DNA from: Geosiphon pyriformis uo1 | Lineage: Eukaryota > Fungi > Glomeromycota | Assembly (NCBI GenBank): GCA_016748015.1 | Contig: JAAOMT010000597.1 | Coordinates: 636,497-661,891, forward strand | DNA: 25,395 nucleotides | Direction: 5' to 3' | In this document: positions 1 through 11,393 of the stretch, piece after piece | Position numbering within the stretch: position 1 is the first letter of the stretch | Layout of the letters: each line of letters starts with the position of its first letter | Translations under genes and position numbers: made by a program | The notes under the pieces: model-generated | What the model was told of the DNA's origin: nothing | Seen by the model: the letters and a program-made list of their open reading frames with translations, nothing else | Database searches by the model: none

Positions 1-1
1 G

Positions 2-295
2 ATTGAATTCAAAGCCACAAATAATCCTGAATTTTCAAGTCTATTTCACCAGTCTGAAAATTTTTCGAAATTTGAATCCACCCAGTGGAATATTGCCGCC
101 TGGATGGCGTATCTCCAAATTGTGATGAGTGAATTCACTCAAGAATGGGAACTATGTTATGAAAAAGCGGAAAGGGCTTTAAAGATATTAATATCAAAAG
201 ATGCATCCAGGGATTCCGAAAACCAAAATTCTCAACTTGAGGAAATCTTGGTCTCAGCTCGTGGTTGGGTCTCAAAATGGTTTGAGACAGATTAA
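2..295 (+). CDS. 3' end of a VIT-vWA (VWA5A-like) protein; partial, runs off the window start
   Basis: Frame is open from base 2 (IEFKATNNPEFSSLFHQSENFSKFESTQWNIAAWMAYLQIVMSEFTQEWELCYEKAERALK...ARGWVSKWFETD*). The W..A..AYL....EWEL..EKA...L pattern matches the C-terminal helical end of VWA5A-like proteins as I recall it. The ORF-track Met at 104 is internal. Confidence 0.75.
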   Translation: MEFKATNNPEFSSLFHQSENFSKFESTQWNIAAWMAYLQIVMSEFTQEWELCYEKAERALKILISKDASRDSENQNSQLEEILVSARGWVSKWFETD

Positions 296-764
296 TATTG
301 ATTCGTCTAAATCATTACACAGATTAGTCAATAAGCTAAAAAATGTTAAGAAAAGCTAACATAGCAAAAAAGGAGTTTTCACATTGAAGAAGAGGCGTCA
401 AAATTTGCTTTGAGCCTTTGATTAATTAAATAAATTGATTTTAAAAGTGTACTTTACTATTATTATTAATTGAGCCTAGTTTTACCCATTATGTTCATAA
501 AGCTCACAGAACTAGAATTTCAATGAAATCACTTCAATAATTGTGAATCACTATCTAGAATTACAAACAGTACTTGAATTTAAAGCTCAATTCTAAAAAA
601 AGATTATGTTACCAAATGAAATTTAAACTGAAAATTATCGTGAAATTATTCTCATAATTTCTATTATTAATTAGAATACATTATTTTACATTTATTATTA
701 ATTATCCACACTATCACATCGCTCAATTATTAATAATCAAATTATACAATACTCCAAACTATGC

Positions 765-840
765 AATATTGAATAGTTTGCCAAAATATTCAATAGTTTG
801 CCTCAATATGTATTAAATTTTCAAAAGTTTGCTAAAATAT
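765..840. repeat. Degenerate ~20-bp tandem repeat (AATATT[G/C]AATAGTTTGCC), 2 copies plus a diverged third
   Basis: Units at 765-784 and 785-804; a diverged copy (caaaagtttgctaaaatat) at ~822-840. Confidence 0.6.
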
Positions 841-1222
841 AGGCAAAAAAAAAAATAATAAAACTTAAAAGAAGGCTATAAAAAATATCTAAAAGAAAAG
901 CCTTTTTCTTTTAAAAAAATGCATCTTACAATTAAATAACTGACTATTAAATTTAGTTATCACATAAAATTAAATAAATCTTCTATTTTAAAAACTCAAT
1001 TTAATAAAATTGATTTTTTTTAATAATTTGATTGGTTGTTGTATAATATTTTTGAAAATAGTTTTAAAGTTAAAATAATTAAAAAAAGCAGTTTTAAATG
1101 CATCTAAATTAGCAAAGAAGATAATTTAATTTTGTAACCATTTATTAACTGTTTTTTATAAAAATAAAAAATAATTTTGAAAGCTTTTTTTTTATTTATT
1201 CAATTTACGAGTGAGGCTCAAA

Positions 1223-1522
1223 GATAATTATTACACAAATTCCCAAATTCAGAACCAGTTTATTAAGAAACTCCATAGTAGTTTGTTGGCTAAAGTTCAA
1301 CCCCATTATTCAGATATATTAAATAAAACTATTGAATATGCATTTCACAAATAAAAAAGTAAACCAGGCAAAGTTAGTGAATCTAACAATTAACAACCAT
1401 ACCAGAAACCTGAAAATCAAACTGACTCTGAAAAAAAATTATCTCAAAAACAGGAAAGTTATTTTGCTAAACCAGAACCCAGTAATTCTGCACAATGGAG
1501 AAAGAAAATTTTTAAAGACTAG
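1223..1522 (+). mobile_element. Ty3/Gypsy-type LTR retrotransposon gag relic, hypermutated and frameshifted; probably extends upstream to ~850
   Basis: Translates DNYYTNSQIQNQFIKKLHSSLLAKVQPHYSDILNKTIEYA, then by frameshifts VNQAKLVNLTINNHT..KLSQKQESYF. This resembles the gag capsid segment YFTxxQILNQFIRGLRSSIL..VRP.HP..L..A recalled from Glomeromycotina Gypsy elements. Most differences are G>A/C>T. Confidence 0.6.
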
Positions 1523-2152
1523 TTTTAACATTATTCTATAATGATTTTCAAACAGGATCAATTTGGGGTCTCCCACTTTCGTCATTACATTTTTGAAAAT
1601 ATCACGCATGAAATGGAAAAACTCTTAGTAAAATATATCTTTTTGTTGATTGTCAAACTAGCACACATCAAAAAAAGGTAATTTAGTTTCTTGGCGGATC
1701 ATTATCAATCTGATATCATCAATCATGCACGGTTCTATAATAGTAAGGTCACTCAACAGAACATATAATGTCATTACATAATATTGGTGCGAAGTTTAAA
1801 ACCTCATTCGATATTAAAGCTAATTATCAAGGTGTATGAACAAAAGTAATTAGTAAAAAAATTATCTCTTATTGGGCTTGTACTCCAGTTTTGTTATGTG
1901 TGTGAGAAACAATCAACTGGAATTCACCTTAATCGGTATTAGTAGTGTATCGATAGGCTTCTATATAGTGACCCCATGAAAATGAGGTAAAATCAATTAT
2001 CACAACCATATTTCTCACCTAATATCAATTTAAAATCAGTCACAAGAAAGCTTAAAAAGAAACCTGAAATTCTTTTTATTACTAACTCAATTGATACTGC
2101 AACCACCACACGATTTCACCCCATCAAAAACTCAGTCTCAATTAATTACAAA

Positions 2153-2770
2153 ATGAGTCAAATTACCGTAAAGAAGAAAGAAAATACCGATACTAATTTC
2201 CTCAATTTCAAAAATTCACCAACTTTCAAGCCTATTAAAATTGAAAATCAGATTGAAGATAAATTTTTGCTTCACAATTCGGAAGAAGATAAATGGGAAG
2301 ATATTTTATTAAGAGAAGAAAATATCAAACAACAAACTTCATCCCTGCCTCAATCCAAAATTGAAAATTCATCATCTGAAGAAAATGAGATTTACCTAGC
2401 AATAATTCAAACCCTTCCATTTCCCCCTCGGTCACCATCGCCTTCCTCAAGTCAAAGTTCTGTTTGTTCATCACCAGAAACCACAGCCCAAAATCCTCCC
2501 CAAGATTTTTGTAATATTACCAAATCTCGAAAATCGTCTGCATCTCGCAGCATTAAAAAAGTTCCAAAATCTTTACGATGTATCACTCCACCTGGATTCT
2601 GGTCTCTTAATGTGGATGCTCCACAGCCAACGTCTGAAGAAATTGTGGAGATGGCGAATTTTGAAGCTCTTGGTAGGCAACGCACTTTAGAAGCATGGAA
2701 AAACATACAGGCTAGGAAAAATAGTGTGCCAAAGGGTAGTCGTGTTTACGGGACTCATATTGCAAATTAG
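2153..2770 (+). CDS. Hypothetical 205-aa Ser/Pro-rich, largely disordered protein with a C-terminal TPPGFW motif (CtIP/Sae2-like tail)
   Basis: Intact single-exon ORF with higher GC than its flanks, A-rich start context (acaaaATG) and a TATA-like tatata at ~1962. TPPGFW is at 2585-2602. Confidence 0.75.
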   Translation: MSQITVKKKENTDTNFLNFKNSPTFKPIKIENQIEDKFLLHNSEEDKWEDILLREENIKQQTSSLPQSKIENSSSEENEIYLAIIQTLPFPPRSPSPSSSQSSVCSSPETTAQNPPQDFCNITKSRKSSASRSIKKVPKSLRCITPPGFWSLNVDAPQPTSEEIVEMANFEALGRQRTLEAWKNIQARKNSVPKGSRVYGTHIAN

Positions 2771-3549
2771 TCAAAGAATTTTCATATAATAAACAATGAA
2801 AAGTGGAGGGGGAGAAGCTCAAGATTTGGATTTCACATATTCACAAAATATTTTCATGTTTCATTTTCTGACAATTTGTCTCCTCGTAATAAACAATTTT
2901 GCCGAAGTTAAATTGAATAATTCAAAGGGTCAATGAGAAAAGAACAATTTGAGGATTTTTTCTAGAAAATATTTATTATTAAAGGCAATCAAGAGCCTTG
3001 AAATTCATCACTTTTGGAAATAAAGAGTATGCCGAATATTTTTCATATTTTTCAATACTTCGAGGTGGACATAACTATTAGCACAAATACTAAGAGTTTC
3101 GGAAATATTTTTTCATATATCGAAAGGTTAGATTTGACGGTCTATATCACTAAGGGTGCAACTTTAGGTGGAAATATCAAAAGATTTTTAAAAAATTAAT
3201 GAATCATAATTTTTATAAATCTTTAAGAAATATCCAATTAGATACTTTTTGATCTATTAAACATTTCGTCCAGATTTTTAGCCAATTTGCATTCTATAAT
3301 TTCAACTAGCAAGTAAATTACAGAAATACTGAATGTTAGCATTTAAAAAGTTTGATATTATATTTAAAACCGTTTGCTAGGAGGCTTTTCAATCTAGGCC
3401 CTCAAATTAAAAAAAAACTTATAAAGTAACGATTTCATTTCAAGATTTTGCGTTGAAATATTAAAGTAAAAATACCATTGGAAATTGCATGGATTTAAAT
3501 AAATTATTATAAATCTTCTATATCAGGTATTTTGTGGGGATCAAGTCCT

Positions 3550-4045
3550 ATGCCGCAAAAATATCTACATAAGCGATACGAAATCGTTTTTTTAAATAAA
3601 CATCCCAAAGGTCCAAAACTTGGACTTGCAGCTACAGCAAAGTATATTCATTGGAGTAAATCCACAGCACTTTATTTGGGTTAAAAGATAGGAGGAAACA
3701 AGATACTTAAGTGACCAACTAAAACTGGCCGAAATTGAATTACAACCCAAAGAAAGATGTCAAAATTGTACAACGGGAAATGAAAAAACGAAAGGTTAGC
3801 ATTAGTATAGATACTATTCAACGATGTTTACGTGAAGGTGAGGGTAATATATATGACTAACTTTTACTCATCAACAAACAGAAAAAACTGTTTTCGATGC
3901 CAAAAATTATAAAGATTTTAATTGGAATCAAGTAATATTTTCAGATTAAAGCAAAACCAAATAACATTAAAAGTTTGGCAGTTTCCCGGACGAAGAAGAT
4001 TATTCGGGCCTGTGAAACATCCCTTCGGTTTTTCGTCTAGAAGAT
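3550..4045 (+). mobile_element. Decayed Tc1/mariner (IS630-like) transposase fragment
   Basis: ATG at 3550 gives MPQKYLHKRYEIVFLNKHPKGPKLGLAATAKYIHWSKSTA (N-terminal HTH). Across frameshifts it continues REMKKRKVSISIDTIQRCLRE (second HTH), KNYKDFNWNQVIFSD* (the W..VIFSDE first catalytic Asp motif), then KVWQFPGR and VKHP. Internal deletions present; no TIRs recognised. Confidence 0.85.
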
Positions 4046-5189
4046 TTCTACATTACGTTTAATTAAAATTTATAATAAATGGGTTATAGTTTTGTTATAT
4101 TGTTTTTTAAAAGCATCCCTCCCAAAGTTTCTGATATATGTGATAAGATAATCTTTCCCCTTGGTTAACTTTTTATACTTTAAACTTTTAGACTTTGATT
4201 CACTTTCCATTAATTTTGTGGATAGGGTTTAATAGATTCTATTTAAGTCTCAATTTTTTTGCACATCGTAAAATGTGATTAGAAACATGGGAACCAGTAT
4301 TTTGATTGTGAGATTATTAACCATTGTTTAGCTCTTTGAATTTTTTTTTAAATAAAAAAAAATTCCGATGCAAATATAAATTTTTTGTTTCTTTTAAGTA
4401 TAAATAGCCCTTGAAAAATAAATTTTAATTGTTAAACAAAATAAAAGCGTGAATTATTTCAAATTTTGTTTATTAAAACTCTTTAAATTGACAAGAACAT
4501 AAATATTACTTCCTATTTGTTATAAAAGTCTATATCAATTTATACCGGAAATTTTAAATTATTTTATAAAAAATCATTTTAGCAAAAATTTTTTCATTTA
4601 GAAAATGTCCCTCTTTTATTTAATGTAGCAGAATACATTTTCTACAAATTAAGATGTACGTCGAATTGATTTTTATATCGCTTTAAAGAATTTTCAGTTT
4701 TTTATACAAGATAATTATTCTAACTAATTGTTCAATTTTTTCAAGTATTTTCTACAAATTACATATTTTTATTAAACAACTTAATTTAATTTAATTTAAT
4801 TTAATTCAATATATATTTATATTTTATTAACAATATTATATATTATATAATAAATTTATAGTCTAATTAATTCGAGAAATTCAAATGTCATTAATTGTAT
4901 CTATTCGCATCTTTTAAATTAAATCTTTAATTAGTAATAAATCTTATATGTTTATTCATTATCAAATTTTTTTTCCTGCCATTTGAAATAATTAATTTAC
5001 TGAAAAACATGGTTTAGATATTGTTTAACATTATTTTATCCCTTATTTTTCTTTGTGTAAATGTTTTTCCGTAGTTGAAGATTTTTAGAATTTTAATTCT
5101 GCGGAATTGATTTGACTAATTCAAATTCTCATAAATAAGAATAATGGAATTTTCTTAATATTTGAAAATTTTTGCATACGATTGTCCAA

Positions 5190-5770
5190 AGTTGGAAACG
5201 AAATTGTTTTTCCGAAACTTTTGATATAACTGGTTTTATCATCTATCCAGTCGATGTTCACATGATTCATAATTGGATATCTTATTTCTTTTTGCTGAAA
5301 ATTTTACATGGTAACTTTCATTAGGCCAAAGATGAATAAGCTGAATATTTAAAACTTATTATTAATTATTATATCAATCATCCAAAATATATTAAAAGAA
5401 TTCATAAAACTATTTTTATCTGCATATTATCATTTAAATAATAAATATATGAATATAATCCAATTCAATTTGTGTAGTTTAGACAAAAACAGATATTTAC
5501 ATTGGTGAATACTCACTTATTAAATGATGATACTATAAATATATTATTAGATTTATTAGTGTCTGATAAAAAAAATATAATATATTATTAATCAATTTTT
5601 CATTAATGACATATTATCTAATAAAGTAATTGTTATAATTATAGATCATGTAAAAGATCTTGAAGATTTTTATAAAGTTGAAATGTTGTAAGGATGATAA
5701 AGATCATGCAATTTTTTGGTATTTACATATATTCAACAGGGGAAATGTGATGAAACAATAAAAATTCTTA
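5190..5770 (+). pseudogene. Possible decayed Sel1-repeat gene
   Basis: Fragments in shifting frames (YNWF..., IIGYL, SAYYHLNNKY, GEYSL...YYKY, DHVKDLEDFYK, KDDKDHAIFWYLH..NRGN) loosely follow the Sel1 consensus LG..Y..G.G...D...A..WY.K.A..GN. Many stops and indels. Confidence 0.35.
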
Positions 5771-5910
5771 GTTTCATAAACAAAAAATATAAATAAATTA
5801 ATATATAACATATATTTATTTTATTGTTTTTCGCATTTTATTGAGTTTTATAATATTGATCTATTTTTATTTGCAGTAGGTAGTGGTTGGATAGCACTCG
5901 TAAAATAAAA

Positions 5911-5953
5911 TAATAATAATAATAATAATAATAATTATTATTATTATTATTAT
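5911..5953. repeat. Head-to-head microsatellite (TAA)8(TTA)6 forming a perfect palindrome
   Basis: Read directly; centre of symmetry at 5934/5935, 19-bp arms (5916-5953). Confidence 0.9.
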
Positions 5954-7565
5954 ATAGAACGACCAGTCCATGTAATAACTATAAAGTCAGCGACAATAAC
6001 GACAACGATTCCGTAAATCTGAAGATGACCTATTTTAAATAATTGCACTGATTATCAAGTGCATAAATAACACAATCAACTTCAGCGATTAGTTTTTGCT
6101 CATAATCTTTAAAGTTTATGGAACGTGTTTTTGTTGAGCAAATTTAATTATCAAAAAGATTTCACTGAATTTATTACCATTCATTTTTTCTAAATTGAGA
6201 TATTTCATTCTTGTACTTTGTGTAAATAAAAAATGTCACCGGAATTAAAAAAAATCCGATTAATGACCTGCTTTATAAATGATACTCACATGCAATTGTA
6301 ACTCATGAAGTAAATGCGTGTATTCTTTTGGTGGGTTTCAAGAGGAAAACTACTTATACTAATGTGATGAATTTAGGAATAAAAAACATTGAGCAAATAT
6401 TTTGATTTGTCAATTGAAGATCAATTTATCTACATTTCTTTTGTTACATTTCACCGCCATGGAAAAAGTGTTTGGGGAGACTAGAAATAAATGTGTATTT
6501 AATTTATTCTTTCGAGCAATGGATACAAACTGATTTCTTGGCATAGTTTGGGTGTTGCTCATTAAATTTCCTTTTGCAATTGAACTGATTTCTTGATAGA
6601 GATCTTTTTTGAATAAAACACTTCATATAGTATTCATAACTCTAGTATTGTACAGACCTCTTACAATGATTGAATTCCAAGTCATCAGATTTGGCCAACC
6701 AAGAATGGAGAAATTTAGAACTCAGAAAACTGATAAATTCAATGGCAAGAGAAAATGTTTGTGTTTACTGAATAACGCATACAGATGATATTGTACTCGG
6801 TTATTGCCAAAAAACATGAAAACAATTTGTTCATCATACTTTAGAACTATCGATTAAATCTCCAGGAATTATGAAGGGGATGAATAATTATTTGGTTCAC
6901 AAAAGCCGGATAAATTATCAATAATTACCTTTAAGAGTGTTTCACAAAGGAAATAATTTTCAGAAATAGTACTTTTGAAATTAAAATGACGACTTTCAAA
7001 ATTCCAGGACCCTGAACCTAAACCTTAAACAAGAAATTGCTTTAATCTTTATAAAATTTTTTTTTACAGTTTAGTGTTAAAAGTGGAAGACTAATAATAG
7101 TTTCATTTAAATCAATTAGTTTGGAAGGCCTAAATTCAGTAGTTTCTTTTGTGTCGCAATTAAAGTTGAACCAATTATTGAGTCAATTGATCTACAATAC
7201 ACCCATGTATTATATATTCTCGAGAACTAGCTGGATGTAGTCATAAAAAACCGAAAGTGTTTTTTAGCATCATGAGATTAAAAAGACAAAGGGTTCAAAA
7301 TAATAAACGAATTGTAATCTTTGATCATAATACCTATTTCCTTGAGCCAACTTGATATCTTTTTGTTGTACCAAGAGTAGTTATGTGGACTTGGTATTGT
7401 TATCTTTGCAAGCTCATCCAAACCATTTTTTATCTTTGAAAATTAGATGATCTAAAAAGCTTTCCAAACTCTTTAAGATTACGGATTACAAAAGTTTAAC
7501 TGGCTAAAAAAAATTATTCTCTTTGCTTTTTCCCTTTAAAAGTCAATTTTTCGAACTATATAGAG

Positions 7566-8888
7566 ATGGCCTCTTCAAAACGTCCAGAAATAACAGATGT
7601 AGAATTAAACGTGGCTTTTCAAAGTTGTGAACCACATCTAACCAATTTCTATCAGAAACATGGTCAATTAATAAACCAAGAGCTTACCATGTCAATTTTG
7701 GAATTAATAAGTCCTTCCTCTATGAGTCGAGCGTCCAACAAACCAAGACCTCAAAATACTTATATTCTCTTTAGAAAAAACCATTCAAGAAAACAAACGC
7801 TTTTATTAAATTCTTGTCGTATTGTGGGGGATGTTTCGAAAGAATCTGCCACTTTATGGCAGATTGTAAAAGAGAATAAAGAATTAAAAAAGTTTTGGGA
7901 AGATATAGGTAGTTTATGTATTTTATTACATCGAGCTCTTTTTCCATCATATAAATATCAACCAAAGTCTAAAAGCAAAAAAATAGATCTTGAATTTAGC
8001 CAGGAAGACAAATTACAAAGTGATGAAGTTAATAAGGAAAAAGAGATATTGACTGAAACTAGTCAAATAGTTGAGAGGCAAAATAGGACAGGAGGGAATC
8101 CAGGTATTGGCAATACAATAAGAAGTACACCTAAGATGAGAAACTTGAAATTCAACAAAAAGAAGGGAAAACTTCCAGAAATTCCAACTTTCTCGATTAC
8201 CAATGACAGGAATCATCAAGGAGCAATTGATTCTTGTGGTAGATCAGACATTTATGAATACAATGACAATTCTATTCCAATTAGTAGCTCAATGACAAAT
8301 GTAGCATCAAGTCTGTCATACGCAAGGAAACAAAAAGGAAATTACCAAAGTTCTGAGGGAGCGGAATTTGCAAGTACAAGCAACTCTAATCAAACTTTAT
8401 TGATGCAACAATTAAAAGTACCCAATCATTTATCTTCTATTTCAAAAGTTTCTTTAAACAGCAATCAAGAACAAAAGCAATCATTTCGACTAAACCCATT
8501 AACCAATATCTTACCAGAAACCCAAAATATCCAAGAAAATTCTTACCCTTTTCCCTTAGAGATTCCATTTTACCCGATAGGAGAAAACCAAAATTTTTTG
8601 ATAAATCCAAATTATGATCAATTTTTTGAGGTATTACCAGAATCACAAGGGCAGGTACAAGCCAAAGCACAATACATCTTTAACTATCACCAACCATCAT
8701 ATATTCAAAATCTACAGATACCTACTGAGTTTACTGATTCAAGCTTTTGCCAAATTTCTCCGAATCTTTTGCCAGTCGATATTTCACCTACAACACCTTC
8801 AATATTTCCTTCTTCTAACTATTTAGTCTTTTCTTCTGAAAATCATCACACTGATAATTTTAACAAAAAAAACTTTGAACAGAGATAA
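7566..8888 (+). CDS. MATA-type HMG-box transcription factor (440 aa, intronless)
   Basis: HMG box PRPQNTYILFRK...VSKESATLW...KKFWEDI...HRALFPSYKYQPK (about residues 60-134) with the MATA/SOX-type YKYxP tail, followed by a long low-complexity S/Q/N/P-rich region typical of activation domains. Confidence 0.9.
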   Translation: MASSKRPEITDVELNVAFQSCEPHLTNFYQKHGQLINQELTMSILELISPSSMSRASNKPRPQNTYILFRKNHSRKQTLLLNSCRIVGDVSKESATLWQIVKENKELKKFWEDIGSLCILLHRALFPSYKYQPKSKSKKIDLEFSQEDKLQSDEVNKEKEILTETSQIVERQNRTGGNPGIGNTIRSTPKMRNLKFNKKKGKLPEIPTFSITNDRNHQGAIDSCGRSDIYEYNDNSIPISSSMTNVASSLSYARKQKGNYQSSEGAEFASTSNSNQTLLMQQLKVPNHLSSISKVSLNSNQEQKQSFRLNPLTNILPETQNIQENSYPFPLEIPFYPIGENQNFLINPNYDQFFEVLPESQGQVQAKAQYIFNYHQPSYIQNLQIPTEFTDSSFCQISPNLLPVDISPTTPSIFPSSNYLVFSSENHHTDNFNKKNFEQR

Positions 8889-10122
8889 ACAGGCTTAAAA
8901 AGTTTGGAAAATTTATAAAGATAATTAAATGATCATAAATCCCAACCATTTTCCCGAAAAGTAAATCTTTGTTTTAACATTAATATAAGGATATATTTGA
9001 GAAGTTAACCAATCAAAACTTTCTCCATAATCAATAAATTTCAAAAATACTGAATTTTCTAATCAATTTTTAAAATAATATATACATATAAAATTTATTT
9101 GTAAATAATCGTAAGATTTGTCAAATTGTTAATACAGACCTTTTTAATTTCTAAACAAACTGAATATCTTCGTAGAAAGTCAGATGTTTATGAAATTTTT
9201 TTTGGGATAGAAAAATTTTTGGGATAAAAAAAACGTATTTCGGGTGTCTGATTTTCTTAATCGATTCAGAGAAGTTGCTCTGGGCATTCGAGGAGAGATA
9301 TGTTCATTTCAAAGCGAGTTGATTCAAAGAAAATTTTGTATTATTTACTAATAAATATCTTGGCAGAAAAAATTTTCTTGTTTGGGTAAATATTCATAAT
9401 ATAACACTTGTAGTTTTCATCGATATGTTGGCCACGAAATTTAGAATTTTATAAAAAAGTCTTTATTAGATTAAAGATTCTCTTTTAGAACACTGAGTAA
9501 CTTAATGTCAGACTAGATTTTCGAGCCAAAATTTCAAAAGTCCTGTACATTTTTCCTATTTAGGAGCATTTTAAATTCTTTAGTTTAATAAAAATGACCG
9601 CAATAAAAAAATATGATGTCATTAGAATTTTTAGTCCAAACTCTTAAGCAATATATATTTTTTGTCATGTCATTTTTTAAACATAATATTGCGACGTAAG
9701 GTTCAAAAGTTTAATCACAAATTTAAAGGTTCGTTGTTTTTTTAAAATTGCAACTGTAAAACAGGTTTTATTCGCGAAAACTTATTTTCTTTACAAGAAA
9801 TCAAAAAGTAGATTTGTATAAAATCTTTTGTGATGAGTTAATATAATTTAATTGTCCTATTTGATGCATCTTCAAAAAAATGAAATGCATGCAACCTACA
9901 AGCTTTTGAATGCTTCAAAACAAACCTAATTTTTTTAGAATTGTTAACATTTCTTTAATGAAAATATTTTATTTAACCTATTTTCTAATGAATAAAACGT
10001 TATAAACTTCTAACCATTGATCTAACCTTTTTTGGTGAATTTATTGGCTAAAATTTTTCTTTAATCAAACTCTTGAATCAGAAGTTAAAAGAACATGTCC
10101 CATCATATTTTTTAAATAAAAT

Positions 10123-11393
10123 TTAATCGTCAAGGCCTTTAAGAATATAATAGTAAAATTCCTGGAAAGGTCTTTCCATTCGAACTTCTAATAAAGCTAG
10201 CTTGTTATCGTCCAAATTTGTGCAAGAAATAAAGTAAATTTCTTGAGTTTGTGAAAGTATTTCGATGCCGACCGCCCAAGGAAAGTTAGCAAAATCGCAA
10301 TTTTTATAGCCAACTCTTTTCAATGAGCTGGCTCGGGGTCGTAAAGCATGATGCATTTCACCAAATATTGGGCCAGCAGCGTTCTCAATTATAAAATCTC
10401 CAAGATATCTTCCTTGAACCTTAATACATTCAACGACCAAATTTCCAAGTTCAGTTATCTCGAAATGTTGTCTATCAATGCAACTATTAAAAACCACAGC
10501 AAGCCTGACCAAACTTTGTTGGTACTTTGCTATAGACTCCAAAATTTTATCGGCCATGTAATCTTGATGAATGATGGTCCCATCATACCAAGCAGCGTTC
10601 AAAACATCGCAATCTAGGTTGAGCCAAGTAATGCGTCTACTTTGCTCAACGAATAACTTGTATAACATAGCAGTTAAAACGGTTACCTCGTATTTTCTCT
10701 CGTTTTCAATTCCATTATTACTAATAGCGTTGATATTGGGACCAGAAGATCTCCTCCTATTACCAACACTGGTTAGATAAGCAATTTCTCCTTCACTTTG
10801 GGTCTCAACACCATCCCCCTTATAAACAGACTTTTCTATAGGAACGACGGCATTATACCAAGTCTTGACGGATTCGATCATGTTTTTCTCCTCTAAGACG
10901 GTGATATTATCAATATAGTTCATCAAAGAAGGCGGTTGGATTTCCAGATTAGGAATTAAACCATGTAGAACCGCTTTATCATGATCTGAAAGGCTTCCAA
11001 TGCAAGTGGAAACTAACTTGACGCGTTTCTCCTGCTGCTGACAATACAGGAATGGATTGTTCCACAAAAGAGGCAGAATATGATGTGTCCAAGTTTTGTT
11101 GACGAATAAGAGATCATGCAAGATTTCTTGTTCTTCTATTAAAAAAAAAGAAGGGAAATAACTATTTTATTGCAAAAGCTAGTTAGATAACAATATGGAA
11201 ATTCCACTTTAGGACAGTATAATAATAATAAATGCAGAAGTGAATATGAATATGTATGTCACTATAGCAGCCAAATTTTCTTTTGTAAGAAGGCTCGGTT
11301 GATCCTAAGTAAAACATGCCTCCACTTACCAAGCTCTCCTACAAAATGTCCTAGGATTATAGGTAATATATCGACGGGAATTTGAGGGGGCAT
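10123..11393 (-). CDS. F-box-like protein with a probable RNI/LRR-like C-terminus; exons 11393-11330 and 11135-10123, 358 aa
   Basis: Exon 1 MPPQIPVDILPIILGHFVGEL ends at a G|GTAAGT donor. A pyrimidine tract and AATAG acceptor at 11136 give an in-frame join to EEQEILHDLLFVNKTWTHHILPLLWNNPF, matching the fungal F-box-like pattern LP.D.L..I...L...L.VN+.W....+.LW..PF. Confidence 0.8.

Noticed and set aside
4637-4806. 15-bp direct repeat ATTTTCTACAAATTA (4637, 4747) and (TTAAT)5 at 4781-4805
   Set aside because: Low complexity with no element features; not a CRISPR-like or TIR structure.
5750-7560. AACAAT/ACAAAG HMG-type sites suggesting autoregulation; 13-bp repeat AACTGATTTCTTG at ~6528 and ~6583
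   Set aside because: The short sites are expected by chance in DNA this AT-rich; the 13-bp pair has no further supporting structure.
7566-8888. HMG gene as a mating-type (sexP/sexM) locus
   Set aside because: The Mucorales flanking genes (triose-phosphate transporter, RNA helicase) and the homeodomain genes of the proposed Glomeromycotina MAT locus are not in the window, and MATA-HMG genes are a large family in these fungi.
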